Below are positions 34,536 to 41,746 of a DNA stretch of 41,746 bases, one piece after another. The stretch comes from Diploschistes diacapsis. Taxonomy: Eukaryota. A program made the translations under genes and the position numbers. How positions within the stretch are numbered: the first letter of the stretch is position 1; the number at the start of each line of letters is the position of its first letter. Under the pieces are notes generated by a model, which saw only the letters and a list, made by a program, of their open reading frames with translations, searched no databases and was not told the DNA's origin. The stretch is taken from assembly GCA_023645945.1 (NCBI GenBank), contig JALAIB010000045.1:1-41746 (forward strand). The letters run 5' to 3'.

Positions 34536-34997
34536 AGTTATCTCCGGACCAGCAAAAAAAACCCGACCAAGAGACAATACTGCCAAGTTGCAACAAGGGA
34601 ATTTGAAAGTGCATGGTATCATCAGGCTACAGTATCGCAGATAGAGTGTCCCCCTTGAGACGAGTACGGTACACAAGCTTAGAGTTGAAGAGGAATAAGA
34701 TTTCTATTAGAGGATCATCGCCATACTTGCTCGCTTATCGGTCTCGCCAAGGCCGAAGCTAGACTGTTTTAGAACAAGCAGAGATTCGAGTGATATTGGG
34801 CAACGCTTGCGCTTCGTTCCAACTATTTCTCAATTTCTAGCCGATAAAGTAGGATGTATTGCCAAAGATTCAACATGGCATCTCGCAAGAACAGCATCGA
34901 TGAAGGCTTCATTCCGATAGGCCAAGTGTGCTAGCCGAACATGCGGTGCCTGCAGTCACTGCTGAGCATCGAATGTGTTCCACCAAGCCGTGATGTA

Positions 34998-36202
34998 TCA
35001 TCTAAACTCCATGCCACCCAGGCAGAATCGATCCGGTACATGCTTGAGTTCTAGCTGCTGGTACCTATATTCAGAATATTAAATGCAAGTCCAGCATATG
35101 TGTATGTGGGGCACCTGCCTCTCGCTCTTGGTGTGGAAATACATCCCAGTGATATTTCCAGTTACTTGATTGAAACAGATGTAGTAGAAACCTTCGAAGC
35201 TCGCCCCGCTTATATCACGAACCTTGTAGTCTGGTACAAGGAACCGCTCCTTCCACCTCATGAAGATGTTTTCGCGCTGTGCGACATTTGTGTAATGAAA
35301 GTCAGACTTCCTTGCTTGCTTTGAGAGCGGCCTAAATGCAGGAAACCGATCCCAGTGTTGCATATCCGTTTTTTCGGTAGCACCCCAGCTCTCGTGCTTG
35401 GTGACGAAGCTGTATTTTGGACCAATAATCTCACCGTCGAAAAACGTTGTCAGTGTTGGGTGGTCTGGGGTCAATCCTAACTTCAGGTAAGTATTTGCAC
35501 GCGGGTACAAAAGGAGACCAGCCCTTACCGTCGATACGTAGATACCCGCAGATGTTAGACTCTTTCAGATCGACATGCTTGATTTCGACTTCAACATTGT
35601 AAACCTGCTTGTCGGACTGCTGCGTGCCAACAAATTTGCTACCGTAGCGGAGGAAAGATGACGGGTAAATGGGAATAACCTATCCAGATCACAAGGTCAA
35701 TATCATGTCTCCGCACGATGAAAACCGCTTGTGTCTGCCAAATTTGCTCTGGGGCTCTTACCCTGATGCTTGAAAATTCCTGTGTGTTGGACGCTGTTGA
35801 GTTCGACGAAGATTCACCAGGATCGGGCTGAAGCAGGACGAGCGTGTTTGGTATAGAATGCTGAGCCGGAGCAGAAACAGTATCCGTGCTATTCACCTCT
35901 GTTCCTTTGGCTGTAAGGCTGTCGTGTTCCATTTTATCCATATCTGAGTGGCAATCTCGTATTACAACGCTCGATTCCTTCTCTTCCTCACGTGGTAGTG
36001 GTGTCGGAGATGACAAGATTCCATCGCCCAATGTAGTTGGGGATTGTGTCCGGAAGATTCCATTGCTCGATGCAGACGAGGATAGCGTCCGCCGCCTGGC
36101 GCGATCATCTTCGACCTCCGATGGACATAACTGAGTCGTATGTGTATGGAAATTCGATACCGCTCGGGACAGTTGTGTTAGGCTATCACTAGGCGTGGGC
36201 AT
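34998..36202 (-). CDS. GID4: GID/CTLH E3 ligase substrate receptor Gid4/Vid24, 4 exons
   Basis: SSFLRYGSKFVGTQQSDKQVYNVEVEIKHVD...[26 protein letters not shown]...WGATEKTDMQHW...FMRWKERFLVPD...GASFEGFYYICF...YQQLELKHV. Confidence 0.92.
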
Positions 36203-36965
36203 AACAAGGCATATAAAGCTGCAATCAAGACATTGAGGAAGACAGAAAAGGAATACTCATCAAAGAAGAATGAGTAACAATAATATACCAGTCAATTCTA
36301 GATTGCGCGATGTCCAATATTGTATGATGGAGGCAATTCATTCGTCAAGTCTGAGCATCATCAGGTGTAATGATCAGACGGGAGCTTTTCCTTAAGGTCT
36401 GGATCTGACCGCATACAGTATCTCCGTACCCCACGAGACCCATTGAGACTTATGCAATGTCAACCATGCTTTTTGCATGCCTTTAAATCTCATCTGGCTC
36501 CCGATGCAACGCTATAAAGCGCAGTTCGGATTAGTATCGGATTAGTATCGGATTGTACCATGAGCATGGTCACTTGCATCACAAGAGTACAGTTTACAGT
36601 TCAAACATTGTACGCGCATAGATGTTGAAGCATAAGTATATCCATCTTGATTACCAGTGGTATTTCTAAACGATCCATCAGAGCTAGCCGTGCCAATCAT
36701 TTGATTCCAGTCTTCTGGAACAATCAGGAGTGACTTGCACGCTGAGATAGATAAGGAGTTCCATCTCAGCCGGCGCAACTTCATAGTAAACATAGCTTTC
36801 GAATTGCCATATCCTCCCACGGTGATTCCAGACATTCTAGGTAACGAAGCGACCCTATAGCCCCAACCCCAAGGTAGTGCAATAGAAAGCTTCGTAGTTG
36901 AAACCACAAAGAGCTCTTTACCTGCCTGCATCTTCTGGAACTCATCTGTCTACTTGGTTGCACTC

Positions 36966-37717
36966 TTAGATAGGTTTGATCTGGAATCGTTAGAAAGCAC
37001 ATTGCACAAAGCGTACAATGCTACCTTGAAGTGTAAGGAAATCAGAGAAAAGACCAATGCCTTAAGATCCTGAACAAGATAGTAGAAGACTCTAAGGCCC
37101 TCCGGGTCTGATGACTCGGTGACATCTACGAGAGAGCCTATCTTGGCTGTCTGCGGGGATTAGAGTCGTGAAACATATCTGGCCAAAAGGACGGTACCTC
37201 GAACGAGATATGTTCGTTCCCCATTCGAATCTCGAGTTCCTGTCGGCCGTCTCTGTTCTTCTCGGGCCATTTGGAATCATCTTCCCTATAGACATGAGTA
37301 CAGAGCAGGATGTTGTAGCTATGGCTAGGCTTACTTCATGATCTCACTGTCTTTGACGATGCGCTTGATCTCTGAAATGAGGAGGGAGCTTACGCACACT
37401 ATGCGCAGTTAATAGCGAATTCTCTAGCCCACCTCACTGCCTTACTCTCTTTACGAATGAGGGAATCATTCCGGTAATTTGAATGGTTTGCATAACGTGC
37501 TGACGCACTTCGGCCATCCCCAAGGGAGCGGAAGTCGAATTCTATCAATATCAGAATCATGCGCAACATGATGGGTGCCAGAAGCTCACCTAAGAATTCA
37601 TGTCCAAACCGCCCAGAGTGCCCCGAGCTGAAGCAGGTCTGTCAGCACCTCGAGGACCTGGGCAAGCACAATCTCTTACTAGTATCGGATGTAGAAGGGA
37701 TCATTCGATACGGCCAT
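36966..37717 (-). CDS. MAGO: Mago nashi, exon junction complex core protein (154 aa); exons 37717-37680, 37627-37590, 37541-37446, 37398-37335, 37285-37198, 37150-37025, 36980-36966
   Basis: Hand-spliced translation [30 protein letters not shown]...[17 protein letters not shown]...EDDSKWP...DGRQELEI...HISFETAKIGSL...[32 protein letters not shown]. Six GT-AG introns, 465 coding nt. Confidence 0.96.
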
Positions 37718-38201
37718 ATTAAGTAGAGTGTATCGATGCAGGCTGTAGCGCGGGCTCTTTGGCCAATGCGGACCCTGTGCTGAAATCGTTTTGCTTACAA
37801 CAGGAAAAGGGTATTTGGGAGGCTTTTGAACCTCCGCAGGAAATCCCAGAAAGCTTTCGGAAGAACTCCGGCCGATGAGCGGAAAATCTAAAGCTTAGCG
37901 GGGATTGACATCGGCACCAAAGGCGGGCGGAACCCAGACAGACAGACAAGGGGAAATGCTTGGCACTCTGCGGCCTCACCACATTTGCATGGAATTTTAC
38001 ATAGTTTCAGCAACAGGCCGTTCACAGTTTACGATACGTTGCTGCTGCCATGCTGCGATGAATTGTCTTCTCTAACCTCCGCTGCCCTGAGGATACGCGA
38101 TCTACGTTCGGCGGCTTTCGCAACATCCCCCTCACTGTCGCTCCGTCCCGCTCAATAGCCGCTCTGCAGCTCTCTTTTCAACAAAAAAAGGCTTGATAAG
38201 C

Positions 38202-41200
38202 ATGGCCACTTTCCTGGAGCACACGTACAGTATTGTCCACCAGGACAATGCTGCTGAGACCCCCACGCTTCAGGAACTCAAGACTCAGCTGGAGAAAGGA
38301 ACAGATGCAGCAAAAGTGGAAACTATGAAGACGATACTAACGGTCATGCTCAATGGAGATCCGTTGTCCGCTCTTCTAATGCATATCATACGATTCATTA
38401 TGCCGTCCAAGAGCAAGCCATTGAAGAAGCTTCTCTATTTATACTACGAAATTTGCCCAAAATTGGACGCCCAGGGCAAGCTAAAACAGGAGATGATATT
38501 AGTTTGGTGGGATATAATGCCACGAACGCTCAGAGCAGACTCTAATGTATCTGCAGTAACGGTATCAGAGGCGACCTACAGCACCCTAACGAATATATTC
38601 GGGGCAACACACTCCGTTTCCTCTGCAAACTTCGCGAACCCGAGCTCATTGAGCCACTCCTGAGCTCTGCAAGGTCCTGCCTTGAACACAGGCACGCCTA
38701 CGTGCGCAAAAACGCCGTTCTCGCCATCGCATCCATATACCAGACATCCCAGCAACTTATACCTGATGCACCAGACCTCATACAATCCTTCCTCAAGACT
38801 GAAAGTGACAACACATGCAAGAGGAATGCATTCGCGTCTTTGACTTTGATAGATCACCAGAAAGCTCTCGAATATTTGAGCGGTGCCTTCGATGGCATAC
38901 CCAACGCCGACGAGCTGCTTCAGCTGGTAGAATTGGAGTTTATCCGTAAAGATGCGGTGCAAAACGAGCAGAACAAAGCTCGATACCTTCGGTTGATATT
39001 CGACCTCTTAGAGGCTGGAGCAACAACCGTTGTCTATGAAGCCGCTTCGTCACTGACCTCGTTAACCAGCAATCCGGTGGCGGTCAAGGCTGCCGCTACG
39101 AAATTTATTGAACTTTGCATTAAGGAAGCAGATAACAATGTGAAGTTGATTGTGCTCGATCGTGTTGACCAATTAAGGAAACTAAATGACGGCGTTCTAG
39201 ACGATCTGACGATGGATATCCTGCGGTATGTACCTATCCATCGTCAACCGAGCTTGGCTCATTCTTGTTCAGGGTTCTATCTAGTCCGGACATTGATGTT
39301 CGCAAGAAAGCAATGGCGCTTGCTCTGGAGATGGTGTCTAGTAAGAACGTCGAGGAAGTAGTTCTGTTACTCAAGAAGGAGCTTTCAAAGACTGTAGATG
39401 AGCAGTACGAAAAGGTACGTACAAAGCATGATATTGAAAGCTCAATTAAGAATTTTTGCGCAGAACGCCGAATACCGACAACTTCTCATTCATTCGATCC
39501 ACCAATGTGCCCTCAAGTTCCACGAAGTTGCTGCTTCTGTTGTCGACCTGCTTATGGACTTTATTGGGAATTTTAACGATAGTTCCGCTATTGATGTGAT
39601 ATCCTTTGTTAAAGAGGTCGTGGAAAGATTCCCAGCTCTGCGCTCATCGATAGTCGAGCGGCTGATTTCCACACTGGGCGAAGTAAGAGCCGGCAAAGTC
39701 TACCGTGGTGCCCTTTGGATATTAGGAGAGTACTGTTTGACAGCGGGCAATATCCGCGAATCGATCAGACAAATCCGGGCTTCTTTGGGTGAAATACCAA
39801 TAGTCGCGTCGGAACAACGTCTACTTGAAGAAGAACCAAATGTGGAGGTCAAGGAACAAGTCAATGGGCACTCAAAGAACGCCGAGCCAACAGGTTCGCG
39901 CAAAGTGCTAGCTGACGGCACGTATGCTACCGAGAGCGCCTTGACCAGCGAGTCGTCAGCCAAAGCGAAACTCGAAGCTGTCAAAGCCGCACAGAAACCA
40001 CCGTTGCGGCAGCTTATCCTTGACGGCGACTACTACCTTGCTTCCGTTCTATCCTCTACTCTCACAAAGCTTGTCATGCGCCATTCAAAGATCACTTCAG
40101 GTGATGCGCGAAACGCGCTGCGTGCTGAAGCTATGCTCGTTCGTCCCTCCTAATTAGCTTTAAACCAAGCAGACCATTGATATGCCTTCCAGATCATGAT
40201 CTCGATTATAAGGGTTGGGCAGTCACAATTTGTCAAGGCGCCAATAGACGAAGACTCCGTGCGGAAAACTTTCCCTTTGTTTCCGTCCACCCCGCTAATT
40301 CTTACCTAGATTGATCGGATAATGTCCTGTGTTCGCTCGCTGGGTGAGTTCGGCGCCCGCAAGGAGCTTGAAAGCGTCTTTCTGGAAGACACAAATAAAG
40401 CTTTCAAGGCGATGGTTCAGGCCGAGGACAAGAAGCGAGCAGAAAAGGAGGCCACTGACAAGTCAAGATCGGCAGTGCAAGTCGATGACCTCCTATCTAT
40501 CCGCCAGTTGACGAAAAAGGCTGCTGGAGACGGCTCCGACACCATTGATCTCGACCTTGATAAAGCAACTGGAGGCGACTCCACCATTGAAGATCTCTCA
40601 TCAAAACTCAGCCGAGTAGTGCAACTCACCGGCTTCTCTGACCCTGTTTACGCCGAAGCCTACATCAAGGTACACCAGTTCGACATCGTGCTTGACGTCC
40701 TCCTCGTGAACCAAACAACCGAAACCCTCCAAAATCTTTCCATCGAGTTCGCCACGCTCGGCGATCTAAAAGTCGTAGAGCGCCCCACAACCCAGAACCT
40801 TCCACCGCACGACTTCCAGAACGTGCAAGCCACCATCAAAGTCTCTTCAACGGAGAGCAGCGTGATCTTCGGGAGTTCGAGACATGACCTTATACAGCTT
40901 AGACGAGTCCGCTAACATCTGGTAGATGTCGTCTACGACGGCTCCTCTTCGACAGAAAGCAACGTCGTCATTCTGAACGACGTGCACGTCGATATCATGG
41001 ACTACATACAGCCGGCATACTGCACGGAGACCAAATTCCGAACCATGTGGTGTGAATTTGAGTGGGAAAATAAGGTAAATATAAACAGCAAGGCCACAAG
41101 CCTGAGAGAATTCCTGGCACAGCTTATGGCCTGCACGAACATGACGTGCTTGACGCCCGAGGCGTCGATGAAAGGGGATTGCCAGTTCTTGAGCGCGAAT

Positions 41201-41430
41201 CTGTATGCTAGGAGTGTGTTTGGTGAGTATCTTCCTGTTTTAATTTATTATTATTTCACCACTTGCTTACGGCTTCGGCAGGCGAAGATGCGTTAGCGAA
41301 CTTGAGCATTGAGAAGGAAGGCGAGGATGGGCCTATCACGGGGTTTGTCCGGATAAGGAGTCGGTCACAGGGGCTGGCATTGAGTCTGGGATCGTTAAAG
41401 GGCCTGGACAAGGCTAAACGGCCATCCTAG
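38202..41430 (+). CDS. SEC26: Coatomer subunit beta (beta-COP), 8 exons
   Basis: LLMHIIRF...[10 protein letters not shown]...[94 protein letters not shown]. Seven GT-AG introns. Confidence 0.96.
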
Positions 41431-41746
41431 GTGTTTGTGCACGTATGAAGAGGGCCTTACGAGGCAGCTTTCATCACGGTTTTGGAGTGCGTGCAAGGAA
41501 GTTTGGCAAACTTAGCGAAAATGCGGAGGTTGCTACTCAAGGTTCCACGCCTGAATAAGAGCTATAGGCACCATTTGAATGAATCGAAAGCTTCGCGTGT
41601 TCACAGAGGCTGTGAGTAATAGCACGCACATTTTTTTTTAGCTAACCCAACCCATATGATTTCGCGTATTCCTTATCCAGCCCTATAGCCATTTGAAACG
41701 CACCCGTGCCTCAATTCATCAGTTAATCAGTCTCCATCCTCCCCTC

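Noticed and set aside
6696..36554. Scattered short tandem duplications (6696-6719, ~16363-16379, ~28849-28870, ~36526-36554)
   Set aside because: The units are unrelated and present in two or three copies, as expected from ordinary replication slippage.

Overview
Eukaryotic DNA from a filamentous ascomycete (Pezizomycotina-type genes, short spliceosomal introns with CTRAC branch sites). Two blocks hold intact housekeeping genes. The first (7.5-16.1 kb) has a small mitochondrial hydrophilic protein, a CHORD-CS Hsp90 co-chaperone, a hypothetical protein, EF-1beta with an intronic U18/snR18 snoRNA, EMC5 and HSP78. The second (33.8-41.4 kb) has a CIA30-domain gene, GID4/VID24, a 7-exon mago nashi gene absent from the ORF track, and beta-COP. 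Two accessory zones flank these. The 0-7.5 kb zone has a Tri101-like acetyltransferase, a Cys-rich/(GKD)n mini-protein and unidentifiable remnants. The 16.2-33.7 kb zone has a PNP_UDP-NACHT-ankyrin NLR whose P-loop is removed by two compensating indels, and decayed genes for an F-box-like protein, a zinc-finger-array/possible DEDDh exonuclease, anthranilate synthase component I and an AA9 LPMO, plus an intact MFS transporter. Three of about 32 hand-modelled introns need GC donors. No transposase, tRNA, rRNA or CRISPR was recognised. All models were made by eye; no database searches were run.
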